A DNA stretch of 64,000 nucleotides, from IMG/VR virus record IMGVR_UViG_3300015261_000001, positions 1 to 64,000 of that record; one strand, written 5' to 3'. Position numbers and translations under genes: made by a program. This document shows positions 29,601 through 38,360 of the stretch, in pieces. The notes under the pieces are model-generated. The model was not told the DNA's origin and ran no database searches. It worked only from the letters and a program-made list of their open reading frames with translations. Position 1 is the first letter of the stretch; every line of letters begins with the position of its first letter.

Positions 29601-29637
29601 TCCGACCAAGAACGACCCTACCAAAAACCCGTTCTAA
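26611..29637 (+). CDS. Putative portal protein (phiKZ gp129-like)
   Basis: Start revised to the ATG at 26611 (GAGGT SD). Position relative to the capsid and nvRNAP genes fits. It has G-x-E sites (AGNES, SGLEA, TGMEN), a stem-clip-stem-like pattern (GIGQSL...ARLAAMDLADAMANLEAATP...LLNKVSNYLHL) and an acidic Pro-rich C-terminal tail. Confidence 0.7.
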   Translation: MVAPTRGTTRGNRHVDIARVRQDLTSLNPVIASTMRNAVPRNGQSPEGDEVTGKRTVNPFKLERLSNIISNNINAATDLRTITPYIDKAELIWRTILLYPNGKQDKILRYDTQPSPKKNAKLHSELLPIWDNYFTNGYKIEKDLKKIVSDILINTGSYTLFNLSRPGLDYLINGSELVEVAGNESFKADATRFYDEEFRNEAGKVIVKNKGKFIRDADVTVVPVSGLEAIFGGAAPYQADEVKLFGKEDPNNDFGITITDNPAVLYLQKFGQVKRRKDVESVTGMENLNLMIQSALHSKDVNDRGDDGENYLGPNDHRPTKGKGPAKPVATTQNLTDKQVEELSNKFFPTRNVDSQTIQFVKPNDALKVAPYGRGLTWHVPSEAVIPIHLNGSNGTQIDFIFLTDPNDGSFLKNTNDFEFYQGLKKNSDGIANKPKNGSGNSLISSLRAIQEGKECDFDMSEFADMAKSNIVRRFMQSMVSGRGDNVSIQLDEETNKIFLQRMFRRQGIRCLYVPGEAVTYMALNYNRLGIGQSLTQMAKMHIARLAAMDLADAMANLEAATPHSLMTINVNEKSPEPFADIAAARATYFEANPRLHSILATAQLSVPQIVDALRESSLTVKVNAGDNPHIPVHDIQLEHMDKTNFKPIDQNSRQELLNKVSNYLHLSKSWLDVSDDQNNFAIEALAEHQMLLNQVVNWQEELGDFLVDFQRKHAQVCAPLMKELIDKIMENKTMWMPDSKEKIEGSDDTVVKTILLDFLNNMQCLFPTPTSIETTTKIKDSLDVVKDLVDKWVEMAGHSGNLEQIAKLLGFGDSEAKDLEMVKAQIKSVFLAEAFRRYNLPMPFDDIINDGKGGGLASMVNAIVHQRQNIGEFLATMMVGISEVDAKVLKTHAKKIDKAVANLAKAKEAAEGEAEVDSSLTNGDPNGDGLSADDAPAPEDGLDTDAPPVDDDTPPVDDPEAPVEEEEEEEEPEPSPDDNAPPADGDAPAPAGDGTDPTKNDPTKNPF

Positions 29638-29663
29638 GTAAAAAGCAAAAAAAAGAAAGGTAC

Positions 29664-29698
29664 TACCCTACCCAGACCTTTACGGTCTGGGTAGGGTA
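29664..29698. terminator. Bidirectional terminator-like hairpin
   Basis: TACCCTACCCAGACC-tttac-GGTCTGGGTAGGGTA (15 bp), with an A-tract to the left that reads as a U-tract on the minus strand. Confidence 0.85.
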
Positions 29699-29713
29699 TA
29701 TGCCGCATTTTGA

Positions 29714-30271
29714 TCAGACGACTTCTGGATAGATGTACGTCGGGCCGAGACCTTGCATGGAGCGCATGAAGTTGATCGACTTCAGAATACGGTCGGTGGC
29801 CGGATCAGCAATGACGAACTGAATGCTGTCGAGGTCCGCTTCCTGGAACTTGGCCTGCTCGATGTAGCGGGTAACTGGACCCACCAGCGAAACAGCCAGC
29901 TCTTCTGGAGTCGGAACACCGTCCGGCAGAGGAAGGTCGACCAGCAGCTCAGTCAGCGAATCGATCAACGGTTGAACGCTGACAACACCGTCAATGATCA
30001 GGACTGCCAGAGGCTGTGCAGCGCGGAACAGCAGGCTGGCCGCTTCAGCGTTGCCTTCTTCCAGTTGCTTGTCGGTGACCAGCGGAGTTGCCGGTGCATC
30101 GCCAACAGCAGGAGCAGCGCCATCCGGTGCAGTAGCCGGAGCTGGAGCGGATTGGTCGTTCACCTGTTCAGCGTTAGGCTGTTGGGTGGTGTTTGGTTTT
30201 TGGTTGTTACCGCCTTGATTTTTAGCCACGAGAAGCACCCTTTGCGTTGATAATTTTTGAAAGATTGACAT
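29714..30271 (-). CDS. Hypothetical protein with a disordered Q/N/P/A-rich N-terminus
   Basis: 185-aa ORF with phage-like codon usage. Confidence 0.7.
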   Translation of the reverse strand: MSIFQKLSTQRVLLVAKNQGGNNQKPNTTQQPNAEQVNDQSAPAPATAPDGAAPAVGDAPATPLVTDKQLEEGNAEAASLLFRAAQPLAVLIIDGVVSVQPLIDSLTELLVDLPLPDGVPTPEELAVSLVGPVTRYIEQAKFQEADLDSIQFVIADPATDRILKSINFMRSMQGLGPTYIYPEVV

Positions 30272-30284
30272 AGTATTTATCTTG

Positions 30285-31010
30285 TCAGTTATCAGTTACG
30301 GTGATCCACCAACCATCACCTTCACGGTGGATGTTCACGCCACTGAATGTAGGCCGAACATCCAGGCCGCCGAAATACAGCATATACTTGCGATAAGGAA
30401 GCAAATCAAAGAAGTTATCTTTGATGAACCCCATCACAATTTCGCTGGAATAATCGGTGGCTTGTTTCGCGATAGCCTTGTTGCCGTTCTGTCTGGCTTC
30501 AATAAGACTGTCATTGATATTGCTCAGAATGTTCTTGGTGCCATCACGGTCCATTTCCCACATGACGTTCAAATCAATAACGAAAGAATGGCCTTCGTGT
30601 TTACCGAAATACGGTAGACCGCCAAGATCATCGACAACCGTTACTGATTTATTACGCCCCTTGACCGCAACTTCCTTGGGGATACGGGCTATGAACCATT
30701 GTGAATCAGGAACCAGAACATTAACCCCGTTACCGGTGTTGTAGGTGGCCAAGGAGAGCGGTGTTTTCCAATAGCCTACATAGAGACGGTATTCATGCTT
30801 ATCGTCGTCTATACGGCCGTACAGGTTGTTCTCGTTGAGGTAACGGTGAACTTCGTCTGCTATTTCGTTGTGGGGCTTGATATCTGGTGGGTATTGACCC
30901 AGATCCACGAACTCTTTGAGTAACTGTTTAAGGATGGAGACAAAATCAATAGATCCGTAAATACGGACATAGCTGTTCAGCAGCACCATCACTCGGTTGT
31001 CTTTATGCAT
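30285..31010 (-). CDS. Hypothetical protein
   Basis: 241-aa ORF with a GGAG SD. Confidence 0.7.
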   Translation of the reverse strand: MHKDNRVMVLLNSYVRIYGSIDFVSILKQLLKEFVDLGQYPPDIKPHNEIADEVHRYLNENNLYGRIDDDKHEYRLYVGYWKTPLSLATYNTGNGVNVLVPDSQWFIARIPKEVAVKGRNKSVTVVDDLGGLPYFGKHEGHSFVIDLNVMWEMDRDGTKNILSNINDSLIEARQNGNKAIAKQATDYSSEIVMGFIKDNFFDLLPYRKYMLYFGGLDVRPTFSGVNIHREGDGWWITVTDN

Positions 31011-31019
31011 TTTGTTCTC

Positions 31020-31385
31020 CTACTTCCGTTTAAGTAGATTCCGTAACCATTGGAACCGTTTAGGTTTTTCTTTGACTATCCGCAACGTCATAAGCAATGG
31101 CCACAATTGCGGATTGTTGCGAAGGATCTTGAAAGCTGTTTGGCTTTCGGTTTCCCAGTACGCGTCAATCATGTTGGTGAGTTGAACTTGCAAGACAAGC
31201 ATCTTGACCAGCGCCATAGCAAAGGCGTTATCAGGATTACCTGCGGTGTTCGCTGCATACCACAAACACCATGCTTCAGAAACCGTGCCCGTCTTCACAT
31301 TGAAGAACGTCGGTTCTTCTGGAAACTGTGCGCGAATCCCCATAACGAACTCGCGGGCTTCCTCTTCTTCTTCTTTACTGGACAT
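31020..31385 (-). CDS. Hypothetical protein
   Basis: Start revised to MSSKEEE (GGTGGAG SD). Confidence 0.65.
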   Translation of the reverse strand: MSSKEEEEEAREFVMGIRAQFPEEPTFFNVKTGTVSEAWCLWYAANTAGNPDNAFAMALVKMLVLQVQLTNMIDAYWETESQTAFKILRNNPQLWPLLMTLRIVKEKPKRFQWLRNLLKRK

Positions 31386-31445
31386 GACTCCACCCAAAAT
31401 AAATAAGTAGGGGAAGAGGGTCGTGTGACCCTCCCCGTACCTGGA

Positions 31446-31859
31446 TCAGATGCGGTCGATACGATCTTTCATCAGATCGACCAGCATCTCACGTGTTACT
31501 GGAGTGAGGTGCTCAGACAGCGGCTTGAAGTCCGTACCGAAGGTTTGTGCGTAGTAGCTGGCCTCGCCGCCGTCTTCTTTGGTGACCTTGCAGTAAACAT
31601 CCAGCAAGTAAGTTTCAGCAGCACGGAACTCAGTGAACACCACTTGAACTTTTGGATGTTCGCGGCGGTCCGGGAACACCGTGTTCAGTTGTGGCACCCA
31701 GCGTTGGACTGCTTTAAGGTAACGAGTTTGTACCTCTTCCAGCATGTCGGTGGCTTTTTCGTTGAAGTTACTCCATTCACGGAAGTTCTCCAACTTGTTC
31801 ATGAGTTGCTGGTCGGAAAGATCAGCGAATTGATTCGGGGTAAGGTCTACGGTATCCAT
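31446..31859 (-). CDS. Hypothetical protein
   Basis: Start revised to MDTVDL (GAGGA SD). Flanked by small hairpins near 31417-31434 and 31891-31908. Confidence 0.65.
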   Translation of the reverse strand: MDTVDLTPNQFADLSDQQLMNKLENFREWSNFNEKATDMLEEVQTRYLKAVQRWVPQLNTVFPDRREHPKVQVVFTEFRAAETYLLDVYCKVTKEDGGEASYYAQTFGTDFKPLSEHLTPVTREMLVDLMKDRIDRI

Positions 31860-31922
31860 AGAAAAATCCTCGTTTAAAAGAAAAAAGAAAAGGAGCCGTG
31901 AGGCTCCTCTCTTGTGGGGCAA

Positions 31923-32252
31923 TCACTCAGGAGAGCGATCACCACCGATTTTGGAGATGCTATCGATCAGGCCAGTGCCCAGACCGCCGATCGCCATGCC
32001 GAACATTGCCGACGTGGTGCCACCCAGAACTTTGATCGCCAGGCTTTCGCTTTCACCACCGCCCAGGATGTCTGCAAAGGCGTAGCCAGCAGCTGCGCCG
32101 ATTGCACCACCAGCGGCAGCAGAGATCAGAGAAGAACCTTCAGCGTAGTTGGAGAGAGCACCAGCTACTGCACCGACGATGCCGGCGGCGTGTACTGCGT
32201 TGAAACCGGATTTGCGTTGACCGACGAATGCGTTAACTTGTTTGGAACTCAT
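31923..32252 (-). CDS. Small glycine-zipper membrane protein
   Basis: Start MSSKQV (AGGAG SD). Three G/A-rich hydrophobic segments with GxxxG/AxxxG spacing. Confidence 0.65.
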   Translation of the reverse strand: MSSKQVNAFVGQRKSGFNAVHAAGIVGAVAGALSNYAEGSSLISAAAGGAIGAAAGYAFADILGGGESESLAIKVLGGTTSAMFGMAIGGLGTGLIDSISKIGGDRSPE

Positions 32253-32317
32253 GGTGCGTACTCCTAGGACGTAATAAAAGTAGACTAGCAAAGACTGCCA
32301 TGTCTTAATTCACCCTA

Positions 32318-32334
32318 AGAATATAGATCTGAAA
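32318..32334 (-). promoter_or_regulatory. Putative early-type promoter (TTTCAGATCTATATTCT)
   Basis: Nearly identical to TTTCAGACCTATATTAC at 43885-43901. Confidence 0.55.
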
Positions 32335-32351
32335 AGAACTACAACTTAAAT

Positions 32352-32945
32352 TTAAAGCTTAGCTATCTTGTCACGCATTTCATTCAATTGACTTCCAAAG
32401 GCGCGCAGATAAACATTTGGGTAGCGGGCATAGCCACCATGACCAAACTTATCCTTAATGTGTTGGATAACCCCAGCCATACGCTCATCATCAGACATTT
32501 CTGGCCATTTTGCTAACCAGTATTTATTAGAACGTTCTACCATTGCTGGAACGTCATTGGGAAACCCGCGATCCGCTGCATTGATCATGGAGGTAAATTC
32601 GCTGTAGAAGTCACCTTTATAACTCGCCCTATGTTCATGACAAGCAAAGGCCACTACATTGCGCTCATGTTGCGTTGGTAGATATTTCAAGATTAATGGG
32701 TGGTCCGTGCTGCGCATGAACTCATAACTAAGGTCATGGTGGTTAACACGGCTCCACGCAAACAGATCGTGGAAGTAAGCTGCAAAAAGGATATGGACTG
32801 GATCGAAGTCATACCCTTGATCTTTGCTGATATGCATACCAGTTTTAAATACGTCCTCGAAATGATCCTGACGATGGGCTGGGTCATTCAAGGTCCAGTG
32901 AGGGGAAAACGCGGCGATCAGTTCCTGACGAATTACATCGAGCAT
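32352..32945 (-). CDS. HD-domain phosphohydrolase
   Basis: H...H (AHRQDH), AAYFHDL, HEH and INAADR motifs. Confidence 0.85.
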   Translation of the reverse strand: MLDVIRQELIAAFSPHWTLNDPAHRQDHFEDVFKTGMHISKDQGYDFDPVHILFAAYFHDLFAWSRVNHHDLSYEFMRSTDHPLILKYLPTQHERNVVAFACHEHRASYKGDFYSEFTSMINAADRGFPNDVPAMVERSNKYWLAKWPEMSDDERMAGVIQHIKDKFGHGGYARYPNVYLRAFGSQLNEMRDKIAKL

Positions 32946-32977
32946 AAATAAAAATCCCTGTTGTTAAGTTCATGTGG

Positions 32978-32985
32978 GTAATATA
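32978..32985 (-). promoter_or_regulatory. phiKZ-type early promoter core TATATTAC
   Basis: Exact TATATTAC 32 nt upstream of the HD gene start, in an intergenic region. Confidence 0.65.
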
Positions 32986-33011
32986 GACACAAAAAATACG
33001 GTATAAAAGAA

Positions 33012-33045
33012 TACTACCTACTGTGGAATTCCACAGTAGGTAGTA
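33012..33045. terminator. Perfect 34-bp palindrome, terminator-like
   Basis: TACTACCTACTGTGGAA|TTCCACAGTAGGTAGTA, followed by TTCTTTT on the minus strand. Confidence 0.8.
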
Positions 33046-33068
33046 AGTCTAATTTAATCGCGATTGAA

Positions 33069-35405
33069 TCAGATCAGCGGGAGGAACAACAACGACTGCC
33101 GACGGCTTACACGGCGCAGGGTAGCGACGTTACGGTCCATCGAAGTATAGTTGAACGCCCACAGATGTTCGTCACTGGAGAATTGCAGGAGCTTATCCGT
33201 TACACGGATATTCTTGTCACTACCCATCGTGGGTTCGAATCCCTTCTCGACAAGATCGAAGTACTCAGGGAACTTGCTACGCTTGATAAGAAGCGGCTCG
33301 CCGTCCTGCTCTGCAACCAGCCCGTGACGCTTGTTGATTACCGTAATGTGCAACGCCCGTTCCATGGTCAGCTCTTGAAGTTTCTGAGCTTTCTGGATCA
33401 TGCCTTGATCACCACCAATCGAGTCATACTTGTCTTCAGCAGTGAAGATTTTCATATTCTCGGTAAGGAAGTTCTCAGGACCTGGTGGCGCATTGAACCA
33501 ACGATGACCTTCTTCGTCCTCTTCTTCCAGAATTGCTTCCAGATCGTCATAGTCGCGCACGATACTTGTGACCGACAGGTGACGAGGACTGTTTGGATTG
33601 TTGCTGTAACCCAGGCAGCTCACGAGCCACTCGTTCGTCAGGATAGTCAAACGACTATCAATGAAGTTAGCGAGTTCGTCGCCAATCATCCCTTCACGGA
33701 AATAATTGTTGAGCTTTTGCATCTTCATGAAGAACGACAGTGGACGTCCTTCTTCTTTGCCATCCTTGAACAGGAACGGCAGGTCTTCAATGATCGTAGC
33801 GCGTTCAGCTGCATCATCGCAGGTGTACGATTCCCAGATCACGGTGTTGAACGATGTAGCGTTGACGGTCTTGAAGTTCTTGGTCAGGTGGTCGTTGGTG
33901 GTAATCACCGCCGCCATCAACTTCTTCGAGTTGTTGGTTGCAATGAGTTCCTTCACGGTCACTACCGGAATACCTTCCAGCGTATTACAAGTTTCTACTG
34001 GGATTTCCAGAGACTTGTTTTTCTTACCCAGAGCTGCTTCGACAGCCATCTGTTTAACAACTACGTTCGTGCTATCTTGCTCTCCTTCTAGCAATGGAAG
34101 TAACTTGCTTGGGTTTGTTAATACGGTTGGCATATCCAGTCCCTCACCGCGTACTACGGTACTGAACCAACCCGAGTCATGCTCCAAGTCGATAATGACA
34201 ATACGGAAACAACCGTGCAGCACACTTTCTTCTTGAGGCGGTTGATCGGGATGACGTCTGAACACATGTTGAATGGTCTTCCAATCACTCTCAGGAACCA
34301 TGTAATGGTTTTCTTTCCCGATGTAATGGAAGAAGCGGCGGTAGTCGTAGGACTTCTTGTTGGTCGGGGTGATGTTTTGAATGTCACTCCGATACTTGTC
34401 CCAACGAGGTTGGTCCTCGTCTTGTTCGACATACGCAGTACCCTGTTGGGCGCTACGTTTTGCTAAGTTGGCATTGCGCTGAATCATTTTGTAAATGTCG
34501 CCGCTCACGTTCTGCGAGTGACTATCAACGCCTTGCTCATTACTGTAGCTGTTATACATGAACGCAGTCTGCGACTCGGAGATCAAACTGATATCAGTCC
34601 GAGTTGGCAGTTGTACATCGTACACCAAGCCAGAGTATGGATTGGTTACCCCAAAGGTTGCACAGGCCACGCCAAAGATATCTTTGTACGTTTCCAGTTG
34701 GCCAACCATGTGTTTGATTTCTGGTGTGAGGTTGTAAGCCTGTTGCCGACCCTGCGGTGTTTTGCAGAGCCATGAAATCATTTCCATAGTCAACACGTTG
34801 CGAATTGCAAAATGGATGGACGCCAAGTACTCACTGCGATCAACTTCGCCTGTGGGCTTGGATTTAGCGATGTTTACCAACCGCTGACCATACATTGGAG
34901 CTGCGGCTCGCGCGATACCCTGAATCAACTCAGGGTGGCGGTTTACCGTATTGACGAACTCATTCCTGATCGCACAAGGAGCATGCGTCTTCAGATTCAG
35001 CCTGAAGTTTTCCAGGATATTCCGATACTCGTCGTAATACAGACCACGACGCGCCATCAGAAACATTGCGAACTCAGCACACGCTTGCGCGTACTTTACA
35101 ACATACACTTGGTTGATATCGTTTTCAGTGTTGCTTTCGTTCCGAATATCGCGCAGAGCTTGATCTTCAAAACGGGCGTCACCGTACTGCTCCCACTTGA
35201 TAGTTCCACCGGCCGCACCCCCTTGGGCGTTCGGTGTATCTACCATTGCTCGGAATTGAGCCAGTGGGTCCTGCGCTACACCGTAGGGGTTAGCAGCGGC
35301 AGCCGCTCGACCCCCGATCCCCGGCAACACCGGGGAAGATGCATTCGGCATAGGGGTTGTTACACCCATATTCCGAGGTCTCAAAATACCGTCACTCATG
35401 GCCAT
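33069..35405 (-). CDS. Conserved hypothetical protein (778 aa), coupled to the nvRNAP subunit gene
   Basis: Long ORF overlapping the stop of 35396-37057. Confidence 0.75.
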   Translation of the reverse strand: MAMSDGILRPRNMGVTTPMPNASSPVLPGIGGRAAAAANPYGVAQDPLAQFRAMVDTPNAQGGAAGGTIKWEQYGDARFEDQALRDIRNESNTENDINQVYVVKYAQACAEFAMFLMARRGLYYDEYRNILENFRLNLKTHAPCAIRNEFVNTVNRHPELIQGIARAAAPMYGQRLVNIAKSKPTGEVDRSEYLASIHFAIRNVLTMEMISWLCKTPQGRQQAYNLTPEIKHMVGQLETYKDIFGVACATFGVTNPYSGLVYDVQLPTRTDISLISESQTAFMYNSYSNEQGVDSHSQNVSGDIYKMIQRNANLAKRSAQQGTAYVEQDEDQPRWDKYRSDIQNITPTNKKSYDYRRFFHYIGKENHYMVPESDWKTIQHVFRRHPDQPPQEESVLHGCFRIVIIDLEHDSGWFSTVVRGEGLDMPTVLTNPSKLLPLLEGEQDSTNVVVKQMAVEAALGKKNKSLEIPVETCNTLEGIPVVTVKELIATNNSKKLMAAVITTNDHLTKNFKTVNATSFNTVIWESYTCDDAAERATIIEDLPFLFKDGKEEGRPLSFFMKMQKLNNYFREGMIGDELANFIDSRLTILTNEWLVSCLGYSNNPNSPRHLSVTSIVRDYDDLEAILEEEDEEGHRWFNAPPGPENFLTENMKIFTAEDKYDSIGGDQGMIQKAQKLQELTMERALHITVINKRHGLVAEQDGEPLLIKRSKFPEYFDLVEKGFEPTMGSDKNIRVTDKLLQFSSDEHLWAFNYTSMDRNVATLRRVSRRQSLLFLPLI

Positions 35406-37057
35406 GGTTCTCTATAACGAAGCCGCTTATCTGTTCGTTCATACAGGTCTTTGAATTCCGGGTTCAGGCCCGTTGTTTTCCCGTTGATCAGATAAAGGCA
35501 AGGGCTGAGGAATCCTCGTCCGTCTGGGTTTGGATTCGTTACCCTCAAGTAACTATTCACGAAGGGAAGCGAGGCGTGTGTGAAACAAGCGCTGTCATTG
35601 ACATCGAAGTCTCCGCGTTTCTTCTTCCCAACGCCCGTATACACTTTGTGCTGGGGCATACAGCCCAGAACGTAGTCTACAAACGGGTTGTCCGTCGGTG
35701 TCGGTTCTTGTACAAGGTTTGCATTGCGTGCATTGTCGATCTCCTTGATGTGGAAGTGACTGGTCAAGAATCGGGCTACCTTTTTCTGGTTAATCTCCGA
35801 ATTGTTCTTGATGTCATGCTTGAAGTTGTTGGCCGCTGTTAACAGGCTGTCCAGCGTGAACTCCAAGCTTGCCAGCTCCTTATAAAGCATAGAAGCCCGG
35901 TCAGTAGTTTGTACGATCTCACTACGGTTAGCGATGATGTAGTTAAACAAGTCGAACATATTCGTCACCACAATCGACTGTGATGCGAACTTTTTGATGG
36001 AGTCCTCATCCAGGTATTCGTTGATGGCATCGAAGTGTTCATACATCAAACGCATGATGTACTCATCAGTATCGCCTGCTTTCACAGAGCAACGGCCGAT
36101 GATCAGCTTCCAATAGTCAGGGTCGTCCAAACGATCGATGTCGAAGTACGACGAGCAGCAGTCAATGATGAACAACAGCGAGCAGGTGTACTGCAAAGCC
36201 ATGGCGCTCAAAGCTGGCCGCTTTGGTGACAGGTTACGTACTGCAATGCCCATGTCCAGGTTGATGAAATCACCCAGAGAGCATTTGTTACTGGTGGAAC
36301 TGCCGGGACGGGTAAAGATCTCCCAACGGTCTTCAGGACGGCACTCGGCTAAGAGAGCATCCACGGTACCGATGCGATAATCACATTCCCCGTATTCAGT
36401 CATAGCTGCACTGAAACCCTTGTTGGCGAAGATGTACCACGCCAGCAGAGGAGTTGGGGTTTTGCTATCTTTAATCTTCCGGGCTTCCGTCGGGCTGTAA
36501 AACCGATTGGCTGCCAGGTTGATGTCCGTCGAACGGTTGATCTGCGTGCCAGTCTCCATGTGGATCTGGTCGAAGTTGAAGTGCTCAACACCGATTTTGA
36601 ACTTGAAGCCCAACACTTTAACGAACAGCGAGTTTTCCTTCGTGACTGGCAACCCTCGTTCAGCCAACACGAATTGTGCACTGTACTGTGCCCCGCGCAG
36701 AAAGATATCACCATGACGGTCCGTATACGGGAGCATGGTGTAAGACGTAAAACTGATAATCTTGCCCCCTTTGTCCCGATAGTCGATCATGATTTTAACC
36801 GGGTACAAAGTTTCCTTATGAACGTCGAAAACTTTGCGGCTGCTGTTGATCAAGTAGTTGTTGAACTCGGTCGGTGTCGCACGCACGCATTTTTGAAAGA
36901 AGACTCCCCGTTTTTCAACGCTCTTCAGTATGTTTCTTAAGGCATGATCGAACCATATAACACCGTCTTCAAATTCTTTCTGGTGGAAGCCATCGACAAT
37001 GCTCTGGTTAAATTTCGGCATTTTGTCATTGATAGCTGGTATTAACCGATGGTCCAT
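35396..37057 (-). CDS. Non-virion RNA polymerase beta subunit, N-terminal part (phiKZ gp123-like)
   Basis: MLPYTDRHGDIFLRGAQY resembles RpoB IPLMTDNGTFVINGTE. The C-terminal FTHASLPFVNSYLRVTNPNPDG sits where the RpoB HPTHYGRVCPIETPEG region would be. Gene order near the capsid gene agrees. Confidence 0.75.
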   Translation of the reverse strand: MDHRLIPAINDKMPKFNQSIVDGFHQKEFEDGVIWFDHALRNILKSVEKRGVFFQKCVRATPTEFNNYLINSSRKVFDVHKETLYPVKIMIDYRDKGGKIISFTSYTMLPYTDRHGDIFLRGAQYSAQFVLAERGLPVTKENSLFVKVLGFKFKIGVEHFNFDQIHMETGTQINRSTDINLAANRFYSPTEARKIKDSKTPTPLLAWYIFANKGFSAAMTEYGECDYRIGTVDALLAECRPEDRWEIFTRPGSSTSNKCSLGDFINLDMGIAVRNLSPKRPALSAMALQYTCSLLFIIDCCSSYFDIDRLDDPDYWKLIIGRCSVKAGDTDEYIMRLMYEHFDAINEYLDEDSIKKFASQSIVVTNMFDLFNYIIANRSEIVQTTDRASMLYKELASLEFTLDSLLTAANNFKHDIKNNSEINQKKVARFLTSHFHIKEIDNARNANLVQEPTPTDNPFVDYVLGCMPQHKVYTGVGKKKRGDFDVNDSACFTHASLPFVNSYLRVTNPNPDGRGFLSPCLYLINGKTTGLNPEFKDLYERTDKRLRYREPWP

Positions 37058-37069
37058 TCCTTAACGTCC

Positions 37070-38206
37070 TTAGGAAGTGTACAGTTTATATCCCGTAACA
37101 ACAATAGAACCAATTGCCCCTATGGCTTTGGCGATTTCTCCCCAATTGTTCGCGTTGCTACGCTTTTTGTCTAGCTCCATATTTGCCTTATGAACACTGT
37201 CCTTGATATCACTTCTTGCCTTCGAAGCGTCTTGCGATACTGCTTGCTTCAACAATTCCATCCGATGATCGTTTTTGATCTGCTGTACTTCAAGTCTGTG
37301 ATCCGCTCGGACTTGGGAGAGTTCTTCACCCAGCTTTGCTACACTTTGAGAGGTCTTTTCTAGGAGATCCTCCAGTTTCAACTTTTCACCTTGCAGAGCA
37401 TCGATAACCTTAGAATTGTTCTTCACTTTATTTTCAGCGGTAATCGTGCGTTCTGTGTTACCTGCCATAACACTGCACAGTTCTTTCGTTTGGAATAATC
37501 CCAAGAAGTCCAAATCATCTTTGGTCAGTTGGTCGAAGCTGTAGTATGCCTTGTGTGGTGGAGAATTACCGTATGATAATCCAACGTACAGCCCACCGGG
37601 TTTTGTGGGGTCTTGTACTACCGGCACCTGGACAGCTTTGCCCATGACGTTTGTGTAGACAGGTTGGCGTGTGCTTAAAGGATCGTTGATGTGAACAAAA
37701 TAGTGGAGTCCCCCTTCGGGTTGATCTTCACGAGCATCCCGACCAGCTTCAAAAAGCTGCTCCAGCGTAAAGTCAGGTGATGTAATAGGGGCTACACCTG
37801 CCTGACCGCTATCAGCAAAAAGGCTGATACCTAAAATGTCACTATGAATAATTTCTTGTTCGTCCGCCAGATCACCAGTCAGATCAATTACGAACTGCAT
37901 GTCATGGCTAAACTTCTTGTAAGAAAGAGCACCTTCCTTGCCGATGCGTTCTTGCTCAACTTTGAGGTTGGCTAACAGCTTGGCGTCGAAACGGGTCCGC
38001 GCACTTTTAGGATCTAACCACAAGTCATCGAACTTCACACCAGACAGCTTAATCCAAACGCGGCGGTGTTGATTATCAGGATGGGTCAGTTGCTTAGCTT
38101 TGCGGATGATGTAATTCAAACCACCTTGGGTTTTGACCACCAGCTCTTTGTTACTGTTGTTACTAATTCGGTATTCCAATTTAAAGTTGGAAACGTTGGT
38201 GTCCAT
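37070..38206 (-). CDS. Conserved hypothetical protein with a C-terminal coiled coil and amphipathic/hydrophobic tail
   Basis: Start likely MDTNVSNF (GAGGA SD). Heptad region is followed by WGEIAKAIGAIGSIVVTGYKLY. Confidence 0.7.
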   Translation of the reverse strand: MDTNVSNFKLEYRISNNSNKELVVKTQGGLNYIIRKAKQLTHPDNQHRRVWIKLSGVKFDDLWLDPKSARTRFDAKLLANLKVEQERIGKEGALSYKKFSHDMQFVIDLTGDLADEQEIIHSDILGISLFADSGQAGVAPITSPDFTLEQLFEAGRDAREDQPEGGLHYFVHINDPLSTRQPVYTNVMGKAVQVPVVQDPTKPGGLYVGLSYGNSPPHKAYYSFDQLTKDDLDFLGLFQTKELCSVMAGNTERTITAENKVKNNSKVIDALQGEKLKLEDLLEKTSQSVAKLGEELSQVRADHRLEVQQIKNDHRMELLKQAVSQDASKARSDIKDSVHKANMELDKKRSNANNWGEIAKAIGAIGSIVVTGYKLYTS

Positions 38207-38271
38207 GTTGAGGATCCTCGGGAACAATAGTGATAGTCTTGTGCACAGACCATCATTATTAATACGGTCCA

Positions 38272-38288
38272 GAAGATAATGTAGGTTT
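38272..38288 (-). promoter_or_regulatory. Putative phage promoter AAACCTACATTATCTTC
   Basis: Exact 17-nt copy of 4693-4709, upstream of the operon containing the nvRNAP subunit. Confidence 0.6.
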
Positions 38289-38319
38289 AAAATATTCTAA
38301 TCGAGTTTTCTAAATGCGC

Positions 38320-38360
38320 TATAAACCCCCTCTCCCCATTGCAGGGAGAGGGGGTTTATA
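38320..38360. terminator. Terminator hairpin downstream of the major capsid gene
   Basis: TATAAACCCCCTCTCCC-cattgca-GGGAGAGGGGGTTTATA, a 17-bp stem. Confidence 0.8.

Noticed and set aside
30056-30076. TDKQLEE in 29714-30271 resembles portal TDKQVEE (27616-27636), and both proteins have A/P/D/G-rich stretches
   Set aside because: A 6/7 match plus low-complexity similarity can arise by chance. It is far weaker than the 19/20 match at 44280.
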